A DNA stretch of 64,000 bases, taken from Haliotis cracherodii (lineage: Eukaryota). The stretch's first letter is position 1; each line of letters begins with the position of its first letter. Where the stretch lies: NCBI RefSeq assembly GCF_022045235.1, contig NW_027266286.1, positions 60,140,001 to 60,204,000 of the forward strand, read 5' to 3'. Below are positions 33,657 through 45,600 of the stretch, in pieces. The position numbers were made by a program, and so were the translations under genes. Under the pieces are notes generated by a model. It ran no database searches. It was not told the DNA's origin and saw nothing but the letters and a program-made list of their open reading frames with translations.

Positions 33657-36600
33657 ATGATTACCGTGAATGTGAAATTTCACAGCAACTGTGCAGTCCT
33701 TGTTGAAATTAACCCAACCAGCAGTTTACCTGAAATCAAACGTGAAATATCAAAGAAGGTCAATTTGCCACTGGAAGAAATCCGGATTATTCTTGGTGGA
33801 AAATTGCTGACAGATGATTGTGTTTTTCAAGTAAGCATCCTTTCTTATACTTTTATTGTTTCAATAACATGTCTTCACTTTTCACAGCCATGGGTGAAGT
33901 AACACACACGTACACACACACATACACCCACACACCCCCACACACTGCGCTCTACCATTTATTAACGGGACAGGACCGTTCTGAAGTTATGTTTGTAAAC
34001 AAGTTAAACAACAGCTGATAGCCCCCGAGCTTACTCGGCTCCGCTCGCCCTTTTCCGCGAGAAAAGGTTCTCCTCCAATGACCACACCACCATATTTTTG
34101 GGCCTTTTCCTCCAAATTGTATGTGACCGTTTTAGCAAGGGGCCATTTCTCTATAACCTGTTGTGAAGCACAAGACTCAACTAAAGTATTTTTACCCTTA
34201 TATATCGTTATCTCATTTTTGTGTTTGTATTATTGGGTCATCTGAACATTCAGGGCCTATTAAGCTGAAACCTTGCCAGGATCATCAAGTTATTTTGTCT
34301 CCACGACGTTCTCACGCCAAAATTCCAATCTGAATATAAACATGGCTACCACGCTCGCCATATCAAAAACTTCATATCTGCCATATTAGTTTTTTGGCAT
34401 ATAAATATTTTGTGTATCATTTTGACCGTGTACCATTTGCCTTCTCATGCCCCTGGGTATCTGGACATGGTACATTCTTCACATCTCCTTTGAAACGGCC
34501 ATGTCTCTAATTTGCATGATTTGTGCTCATTGAATTCCAATCCAATTTGGAAAATGATTTAGTAGTTATTCTTTTATTAAGAAAATAAGCTATGAGTGGG
34601 AGTTGTTTGTCGTACAATAAAACACTTAGGAAGAAAAAAACACTCAGCGCAGTTAGTGCGCACACAATTTGAATAATGACGATCCCACTGAATACAATCT
34701 GCAATGTCAAACTTGGCAATGTCAAACTAGTCCATTTTATGATCAGGGTGGTCAAGTTTGGTATTTCCCAGATATTCTCACAAATTTCACGTCAATTATC
34801 AGTACCTTTTCTCCCAATACTGATTGTCATATCTCTCCCACTTTTGGATGCGATCTGGTTGGACTCTGGTTTTATGTTATTTGGCTTTGGTTTGGTTTGT
34901 TGTTTTACGCCGCACTCAGCAATATTCCAGCTATATGACGGCGGTTGGTAATAAACGAGTATGGACCAGACAATCCAGTAATTGACATCATGAGCATCTA
35001 TCCACACAATTGGGATCGATGACATGCATCAACCAAGTAAGCGAGCCTGACCACCCGATCCCGTTAGTCACCTTTTACGACAAGCATAGTCGCCTTTTAT
35101 GGCAAGCATGGGTTGCTGAAGACCTGTTCTACCCTGGATCTTCCCGGGTCAGTGTTATTTGGCAACAAGTTGATGAGTTTGTCAGTTTAAAGTGGAAGGG
35201 GATGCTATTGTTTAGTATCGTTACAGTAACTTGCTAAGTTTAATTTTGGAGAATACATACAACATACATGTACAATACTTTGATCTATTGTTATTTAGTC
35301 CCTATAATATTTTAAGACTTTTGTGACTACCCCCGTGGTCTAGTGGTAGAGTGTCCGCCAGGAGAGTGGAGGCTCGTGGTTCGATGCTTGGCCGCATCAT
35401 ACTAAAAGACATTAAAATGTGGTACTTGTTGTTACCCTGCCTGGCGCTTGGCATTAACATTATTAAGGGGCTAAAACAAGGACTGGTCAGCTTAGAGTCA
35501 GTATACTGTGTCTTAGTGGGGTATTCATGTTAAGCTGCGGCATGGTATCTCAGTGGGCTAGAAATATGATATAGGCATTAGTCCAGACTAGTACAAGCAG
35601 CCACACGTGTATGCACGTCACTATTTAAGTGCAATAATCTTGGACGCAACGTTCTACTTCATGTCACCTCACCTTAAGACTTTTGTAGTTGTATCTCTCA
35701 ATTTGTAATCAACCAAAAATGGAGAAGTCACATATATAGAAATTATATTTTCATGTGGGTTTTGGCTTCAGTCAGTGGAATCCACGGACTAAAATATGAA
35801 AATCTGTGTGTCTATCACAACCTGATGTCATATTGATCTTAATTAAAAAATGTTTTATCACTCAGGATTTGGATATTGGTGATCAAAGCACTCTTCACAT
35901 CTTCCGACAGATTTCAGGGCATGAAAAAACTCTAACATCAGAAGGTAAGATTTATATTTGCACTGTTGACATTTAACTGCAGTCACTTAACCAAGCAACT
36001 ATTTGATCAATGGTTCAGCCCCTTGAGATTACGCAAGAGGAGTTGGTTCATGCCTACATCACCAATGATTAGGGACTGCATCAGGAACCTGCCTTGTGGC
36101 TCAGGCTTGCCTAAACTACTTCATTAACTTACATTGCTGAAAGGATATTTGTACACTTGTAGAATACAGAAATAGTGCTTTGCAGATTTTTCCACTTTTC
36201 ATTATTTTTAGTTGGTGGAATCCATAAGCCAAATTTAAGAAATGTAGTTCATTATTATTAATATGTTTATGACGGTGTAATCCCCATCGACTTCAAGGAA
36301 CCAGGAAAATGTTTTTTGCAGCGATAAGGGAACTTCAGCATGTACTTTCTCATGATCATGTCTCATATATTGTGTTTTATCTTGTAGCAGGGTAATAAAG
36401 TGTTTTATCTTGCAGCACTGAAATATTGTGTTTTATCTTGCAGTGGGGTAATATAGTGTTTTATCTTGCAGCAGGGTAATATTATTTTTTTTCTTGCAGC
36501 AGGGTAATATTGTGTTTTATCTTGCAGCAGGGTAATATGGTGTTTTATCTTGAAGCAGGGTAATAGAGTGATTTTTTCTTGCAGCAGGGTAATATAGTGT

Positions 36601-39600
36601 TTTTTCTTGCAGTGGGGTAATATAGTGTTTTATCTTGCAGCAGGGTAATATAGTGTTTTTCTTGCAGCAGGGTAATATTGTGTTTTATCTTGCAACAGGG
36701 TAATATGGTGTTTTATCTTGCAGCAGGGTAATATAGTGTTTTTTCTTGCAGCAGAGTAATATTGTGTTTTATCTTGCAGCAGAGTAATATAGTGTTTTAT
36801 CTTGAAGCAGGGTAATATAGTGTTTTATCTTGCAGCAGGGTAATATAGTGTTTTTTCTTGCAGCAAGGTAATATAGTGTTTTTTCTTGCAGCAGGGTAAT
36901 ATAGTGTTTTTTTCTTGCAGCAGGGTAATATAGTGTTTTATCTTGAAGCAGGGTAATATAGTGTTTTATCTTGCAGCAGGGTAATATTGTGTTTTATCTT
37001 ACAGCAGGGTAATATTGTGTTTTATCTTGCAGCAGGGTAATATTGTGTTTTATCCTACAACAGGGTAATATAGTGTTTTTTCTTGCAGCAGGGTAATATT
37101 GTGTTTTATCTTACAGCAGGGTAATATTGTGTTTTATCTTGCAGGAGGTGAGGGGAGTGAGCTGAAGAACCAGTACTATGTATACTGTAAGGAATGTCGG
37201 TCCATACAGCCGGGCAAGCTTAGAGTCAAGTGTGCTGTGTGCAAGGATGGGGCCTTCGTTCTGAGCAGGGTTAGTATGGCATTTGTATATTCTAGGCCTC
37301 ATAAAATTACTTAGTGGCATGGCTCCTGTTTCCTCTCATTTGAGGATTTCAGGTTAGAATTTATCCACAGCAATCCAAGCTGGTCTTGAAATGTGTCTGA
37401 ATGAATTGGGGAGGTAGTGACTTGGTGTGTCCTTGTACCCCAACAGTGTTGATCATTTATCACACATTGTCCCGATTCGATTATTATATATAAGATAGCT
37501 ACGTGATAAACATGATAAATCGCAAAGAACAATCAAGAATGAAGCATGGTTTATTTCACAATAAAACATTGTTTTCATGATGTCATTTCTCGTGATTTGA
37601 ATAAGTACTCACAACTTGATGACATCATATATTGATTGTCGTTATTCTTTTTGAGAGAAGTGTCTAGTAAGTTGTTCCCCATAGTTGTAGCTGGGCTACG
37701 CAGTGAAACACAGTGACCGAATGATCTCATCCAAGAGTGGGAGAGATGTGACAAACGGTGTTAGGGGTAAAGGTACTGACAATCGATATTAGAATTGTGT
37801 GAATATGCGGGAATTACCAAACTTAACCCATCTGTTCGTAAAATGGACTTGTCTGACATTTCGAGGTCGGATTCTGTTCAGGGTGTCATCGTTATTGAAA
37901 TTTTGGTAAATATTTCCAATCTTGTACATTTTATCAACATCCTTGAAGAGGCTGTACACAATGTTGATATCTCATGTAAGAAATAAATGATTCACAGTTG
38001 TTTATCCTACAATAGGTGAGGTGAGGTAAAATTGGGTTTCACGTCTGGTCCAAGATTATTGCACTTATATAGCGACGTGCATGCACGCGTGTGTGTGTGT
38101 GTGGCTGCTTGTACTAGACCGGACTGATGCAGATTTATCGTGCTAGCTCACTGATATACTATGCCGCAGTTTAACATGAATACCCCACTCAGACACAGTA
38201 TACTGACTCCGAGCCGACCAGTCCTTGTTTTAGCCCCTTAATGCCGAGCGCCAGACAGGGTAACAACAAGTATCATCTTTTTACGTCTTTTGGTATGACG
38301 CGGCAGAGGATCGAACCCCGAACCTTCCGCTCTCCGGGCGGACGCTCTACCACTAGATCACGGGGTGGTCTTATCATACAATAAAACACGGAGGGGCTGC
38401 ACAACTCATTGTTTGTTCTCCCTGCAGTGTTTTATTGTACGATAAACAACTCTCACTCGTCAATTATTTCTCAATTCCAGGCCACTGTCATTTTGGTATT
38501 CTTTTTCTGAAATTCAGACTAATTTGGTTTTTTGGACAGAACAGGGTTAAATGTGTATAAGCTCAGAGCTAAAAATCCTGAACTGTTAATAGCAAGTTTG
38601 TTTCATTCATTTTGATGTAGACTGCACTGTATTGCAGGACCCTGAGGGCTGGAGCGATGTGCTGCAGTCAAGGAGCATGGGTGGGGAGTGTAAGAATGGC
38701 AGCTGTGAAGGGACTGCTGCAGTAAGTGGATTCCAGAGAGATATTCCTTCCAGATTTAGCGTCACATGACATGACACAGGGCAGACTATTACTAAGCCTT
38801 GTAGAAGTTGAGGCCATTATAATCAAATTTGGTAGGTTCAGTGAGTGAGTGAGTGAGTGAGTGAGTGAGTGAGTTGGGTTTAACGCCGCTTTTTACAGTA
38901 TCCCAGTTATATCATGGCGCTCAAGAATTGCATCATTTGTCATACAGAGACAAAACGTATACAAACAACACTGCAAAACAACTGCTTGGTTGAGAAATGT
39001 TGTCTGGTCTTTTCATTGTGTACAAGGGGGCACGGGTGGCCCAGTCGTCTAAGGAGCCGCGATTCGTTGTGCAGAGTTGGTTTCGAATGCCGATTATGTT
39101 TCTAGGTTTGTCAGCATCAAACCCGTGCTCGTGGGTTTCACCGAAATGGTAAACGTCTGAGACCTGCATCACTTCGGGCTTTACTCCCACATTAAGCTGA
39201 CACGCTGCGATATAACTGGAATACTGTTAAAAGCGGCGTTAAACCCAACTCACTCACTCACTCATTGCATACAAATGCTATTCCCTCGTCATGCTTATGA
39301 ACATTGGTCTTCTTCTCATTCCCAAATTTGAAAATTGTGATATTTTGCAAAGTGACATGTGCATAATTGTTATGTACTTTTTATCAATGAATGCATACGG
39401 TTGAGTGAGTGAGTTGGGTTTAATTCTAGCCCGAACTGCAATTTGAGCCCACAATCATAGCTGTTTCTGGTTTGTCCAAGGGCGCAACTCTGGATGGGGA
39501 ATTCTGGAGCCTTAGACGACTGGGCCACCCGTGCCCCTAGCATGTGTCTAGTAGGCTTAGACCTGTAAATGATGAATTTTCAATATAATAAAGGAGAACA

Positions 39601-42600
39601 TATGTTACTCTGATTCAATATATGTTATTGTGAGTTTTCTTGTTGACTAGTTACATGTGATTAAGACTTTAGGGTAACAAATGACTTGATTGGTTGGTCA
39701 GGTTACAGAAACATTTGGAGGAGTGCCTGTAGCTAAGCAGATTTTAAGGGATATTTCTGATGGTCATTCTTTATCAACAGCTGTATTTAGTGACAAATGT
39801 TGATTATATCATGACACAGCTAAGGGAGCATCCATTTAACTTGTAGTCAACAAACTATTTAATTACTGAAAAACATCAAACAATCTTTTCATTTTCTCTA
39901 TTAACACCAACAAATTGATGTTTGGGTATTTTCCACGACTATGTTTTTTTACCACTTCCAACACTATATGTTTAGGACATATTTCTGTACAAACTATTCA
40001 TTTTAAAAATCAGCCCACCATTGGCTCCCACCCCCAATAGAAATCAGATGGATGCACCCTTGTTGACCTTAGTTCTGATGATTACCATCGCCCCGAGGCA
40101 AGTGAGTTAACTGACTATAAAAGTCCAGTTTCCACCCTTGCCGAACTAGGCTGGTATTATGGAGTTACATTTTGGCTGGGCTAACGAGTCTATGCATAGT
40201 CCAATCAAAATCGCGCACCGAAATCAAAATCCGGTTCGTAAAGTGACTTACAGATTTCGGTCGACTGCAGGTTTTCGCAAAGCATGAGTACCACTAACTC
40301 GTTGTCAACAGACATTTTCTAAATCTTTTCATGTTTTTAATCAAGGTGCTCACGTGATTTGATGCACTTCGCGATGTAAGACTCGTTTTATCACAATATA
40401 GATCTTGATTATCGATCAGATCGTCTTGACTGGGCACCACCGTTTTGTTTGAAGCAAATGCAAGTGATACGAGAGGTTGAATCTGATTGGTCAATAGGAG
40501 AGGCATAGAAAGGACATAACTCGTAATAGCCACTGGTGGCGCTACGATCGAGCCCAGTAATTCCAGCCTAGTTCGGCAAGGGTTGAAACTGGACTTTTAA
40601 AGTCAGTTAACTCTCTTGCCTCGGGAAGATGGATGATTACGTGTTACGTGTCTGAATTATGGATATAATCATTTCAGGAGTTTGTGTTCAAATGTGTGCA
40701 GGCCCACCCAGACGGCCTATCAGCTGCCATTCTACGACATGTCCGACCAAACAGGCGGGAAGTTGAGTGCATAACCTGTGCAGATGTGAGGTGACGTGGG
40801 TTAAATTATGGTCTTGGTGTGATTAAAGTGGAATATCTCAGAATATCTCAAAAGCTATGTTTGCAAACTGTTTGAAATAACTCCAGCATGTCACTGGTCA
40901 GCATTACTGTCCTGCTCCAACAGACATTAAATGTGACAGTAAGAAGAATTGGATAGAGTAGATATCACAAAAATCAATCAATATTTATTAAAAATATTCC
41001 GGTACTAAACAAAAAGGTTACGGATCATGAATAATTTAGGGGATATTACTGATGAAATTGTGTGCTCTTCACTGCAAAAAAATACCCCTAAAAATATTCA
41101 TGATCTTATTTGTTGAGACAACTCAAATGGCTTCTAGTTCATCTGAAAAATATTACCGACCACAGTACAACGGTTGGTTGGTTGGTTTGTTGTTCAACGC
41201 CGCACTCAGCAATATTCAAGCTATATGACGGCGGTCTGTAAATAATCGAGTATGGACCAGACAATCCAGTGATTAATGTCATGAGCATCGATCCACGCAA
41301 TTGGGATCGATGACATGCATCAACCAAGTAACCCAGTCTGACCACCCGATCCCGTTAGTCGTCTTTTACGACAAGCATAGTCGCCTTTTACGGCAAGCAT
41401 GGGTTGCTGAAGACCTATTCTACCCCGGAATCTTCACGGGTCCACCGTACAACGGACAGTTTCTAATGGTGCAATCATGACTTTGTTTGCGTATGGCGAG
41501 AGTACAGATAGATGAACCAGGAAGGGATTCCGGGTTAGAATTGTTCCCTAGCAACCTGTGCTGGTCGTAGGAATTGACTTGTTTGGTTATGTTGTCCTAT
41601 CCCGACTCCATAACTGGGTTACCTAGCCCATATTTGATTAATTACAGGTCACCGTCATACAGCTGGGATATTGTGCACAAGTGCAGCATTAAACACTTTA
41701 CCTTTGTACTATTATCTTTTTTTAAAACAAAAATATTTCTGCAGATCTCCAGTGCTCGTGTTCCCTTGTGAGTCGGGACATGTGATGTGCATTGAATGCT
41801 TCAAGTTCTATGGAATAACACAGCTGAGTGAACGCAGGTTCATTAAGCACCCCGAGTATGGGTACACCCTGCCTTGCCCAGGTCAGTAAAACATTCAGGG
41901 CTAGATACACCCTACCTTGCCCAGGTCAGTAAAACATTCAGGGCTAGATACACCCTACCTTGCCCAGGTCAGTAAAACATTCAGGGCTAGATACACCCTA
42001 CCTTGCCCAGGTCAGTAAAACATTCAGGGCTAGATACACCCTACCTTGCCCAGGTCAGTAAAACATTCAGGGCTAGATATACCCTACCTTGCCCAGGTCA
42101 GTAAAACATTCAGGGCTGGATACACCCTACCTTGCCCAGGTCAGTAAAACATTCAGGGCTAGATACACCCTACCTTGCCCAGGTCAGTAAAACATTCAGG
42201 GCTAGATACACCCTACCTTGCCCAGGACAGTAAAACATTCAGGGCTAGATACACCCTACCTTGACCAGGACAGTAAAACATTCAGGGCCCTGATGTTTCA
42301 GTAATTAGACATTTCTTTTCTGGTATAAATCAAAAGCAGATAATTATGATCCTCTTTACCACTCCACATAAATATCTGCAAGGTATTGTATCAGACATGG
42401 TATTTTTCAGCTGGCTGTCCCAACTCCGAGATCCAGGAGAGCCACCATTTCCACCTTCTGGGAGATGTGCAGGTGAGAGGGGTTCGCGTCACACAGGGGA
42501 GAGGGGTTCATGTCACACACATGAGAGAGGTTCGTTTCAAACAGGTGACAGGAGTTCACATCACACAAGTGTGAGGGGTTCACATCACACAGGTGTGAGG

Positions 42601-45600
42601 GGTTCATGTCACACACATGAGAGAGGTTCGTTTCAAACAGGTGACAGGAGTTCACATCACACAGGTGTGAGGGGTTCACATCACACAGGTGTGAGGGGTT
42701 CACATCACACAGGTGACAGGAGTTCACATCACACAGGTGTGAGGGGTTCACATCACACAGGTGAGAGGAGTTCACATCACACAGGTGTGAGGGGTTCACA
42801 TCACACAGGTGACAGGAGTTCACATCACACAGGTGAAAGGGGTTCACATCACACAGGTGTGAGGGGTTCACATCACACAGGTGAGAGGAGTTCACATCAC
42901 ACAGGTGTGAGGGGTTCACATCACACAGGTGACAAGAGTTCACATCACACAGGTGACAGGAGTTCACATCACACAGGTGTGAGGGGTTCACATCACACAG
43001 GTGACAGGAGTTCACATCACACAGGTGTGAGGGGTTCACATCACACAGGTGACAGGAGTTCACATCACACAGGTGTGAGAGGTTCACATCACACAGGCGA
43101 GAGGGATTCACATCACACAGGTGACAGGAGTTCACATCACACAGGTGACAGGAGTTCACATCACACAGGTGTGAGGGGTTCACATCACACAGGTGACAGG
43201 GGTTCACATCACACAGGTGTGAGGAGTTCACATCACACAGGTGACAGGAGTTCACATCACACAGGTGACAGGGGTTCACATCACACAGGTGACAGGAGTT
43301 CACATCACACAGGTGTGAGGGGTTCACATCACACAGGTGACAGGGGTTCACATCACACAGGTGACAGGAGTTCACATCACACAGGTGACAGGAGTTCACA
43401 TCACACAGGTGTGAGGAGTTCATCTCACACAGGTGACAGGAGTTCACATCACACAGGTGTGAGGAGTTCACATCACACAGGTGACAGGGGTTCACATCAC
43501 ACAGGTGTGAGGGGTTCATATCACACAGGTGAGAGGGGGTACACTGAAGATAACTAATTATGGTGTATAATTTTCCCATTATCAAAATGGCCTTTTCAAA
43601 CTATAAACCAACCAGTGAGTGAATAAATGTTGTTCATTGCCACAGGCATTGTAAATAGTAGGGTCTGGACCAGGAAAACCAGTGACACACATTCAGGAAA
43701 GTCACAGAGCCTGAGCCCCTGATCCAAAATTTAGTCATGTGAAAAAGGCAAGAGGTACCTGGGACATATTCTGACCCGAAAACTCTTAGGGAAAACAAGC
43801 ATGGATTACTGGTGACCTATTCTAACCCAGAATCCTCTCAGAGGAATGGGCAAGAAATTAAATCATGTAATTCCACCAATATCAACTTGTGAAAATGTAT
43901 GATGTGGTGTTGCAGTATGAGCGGTTCAACACGTTCGCAGCCGAGGAGTATGTGTTACAAGATGGCGGCGTGCTGTGCCCAGGACCAGGATGTGGGATGG
44001 GCTTCGTCCTTGACGCAGCAGGGAGAAAGGTCACCTGTGTTGCCAAAGACTGCATGGTAAGAATAATTGTGTCCTTTTGATTGGTTATTAAGAAATTTTA
44101 GATCAAATGTTTTCATGCATGTGTAGCAGGGCGTGGAGTCATCCCACAGATGACATCCTTACCTTGTCAGCTTGCTGACGGGGTTAACCTCTTTGGTCAT
44201 GTGGACAAGGCGTCTGACCTCAGATCAGAAGGTCTGTGGTTCGAATCCCATCACGGGACTCGGAAATTTTATGGCCGCTACACATAGGTAACAGGTGTTG
44301 CAAAATGTCTGCCTAACAACAGTGGCATTGGCCAGGAGTTGTCTGACATTTATTCGATCAGTAGGCAAAATATTCTTACAGGCGCTGTCGTGGACAGTAC
44401 ACTGATTTAGGGACCTTTTGTAAGCTGACTGTTTATCAGCCTCCCACAAGTGTGACATGGGCGGTGGAGTAGCCTAGTGCTGAAAGTGTTGGCTCGTCAT
44501 GCCAAAGACAGGGTTCGATTTCCCCACAATGTGTATAGACCATTTTCCAGTGTCCCCCGCCGTAATATTGCTGGAATATTGTCAAAAACGACGAAAATCC
44601 ATACTCACTCACTGGTGTGATATGGGTACAATGTGTGAAGCCCATTAAGGCCCTCTGGTGTCCCCTGCCATATTGCTAGCATACTGCTACATCTCTCTAG
44701 TGTGATATGGGTACAATGTGTGAAGCCCATTAAGGCCCTCTGGTGTCCCCTGCCATATTGCTAGCATACTGCTACATCTCTCATCACTAATGTTACAGAG
44801 ACGGTCGGGTAGCCTAGTGGTTAAAGCATTCGCTGTCACACCGACAACACAGGTTCGATTCCCGACATGGGTACAATGTGAAGCCCATTTCCGGTGTCCC
44901 CCGCCGTGATGTTGCTGGAATATTGCTAAAAGCAGCATAAAACCATACTCACTCACTCCCTCGCTGTTACAGATGACATTTTGTCGTGACTGCAAGAATG
45001 AGTACCATGATGGCGCCTGTGATGTCAATCCTCTCCTCCAACTTCCGACTCTGGTAAGTGACGAAGATGCTGCCAGTGACAGGATGCTGTATATTTTTAG
45101 GAACTTAGGGCAACCTTTAAAATGGCTGTGTTTAACTCTGTTCAGATGTGTGTTCAAAACAGATACACTGTGAGCTGTGTGAGATCAGGTATAAAAAGGT
45201 CTTGTGTTAATTTTAATTATTCAGTCCTTGTTTGGATTCAAGGAGAGCTGTTGACATGTACTGTATGGTACAATGTGAATCTTAATAATAATTATAATAA
45301 TGGACATTTCTACTGCGCCATATTCATGCATAAGTGCCTGCTCAGGCAACATATACCGTATTCGACATAATAAGCGCCCCACTCTAATAAGCGCCCACAG
45401 CAATATTTGCTAATATATTGGTTAGTGAACAATCCTAATTAGCACCCCTTCCGATTGATCAAAGTACACAAGACTTATTTTATCGCGTATAATACACACT
45501 AGTGTGTTATATGCACCCTTTATTATGGGCAATTAAATTCTGGAAAAATATATCTGACATACATAAACATTTCAGGCATAAACCACGAAATTTATCTTTC

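Noticed and set aside
42346-43585. 403-aa His-rich and 392-aa Cys-rich ORFs
   Set aside because: Translations of a stop-free 21-bp minisatellite inside parkin intron 7; no independent gene structure.
44186-44260. tRNA-like sequence with TCA anticodon (opal suppressor or tRNA-Sec)
   Set aside because: Acceptor and D stems are degenerate, U33 is replaced, no long variable arm; best read as a decayed tRNA-derived copy.
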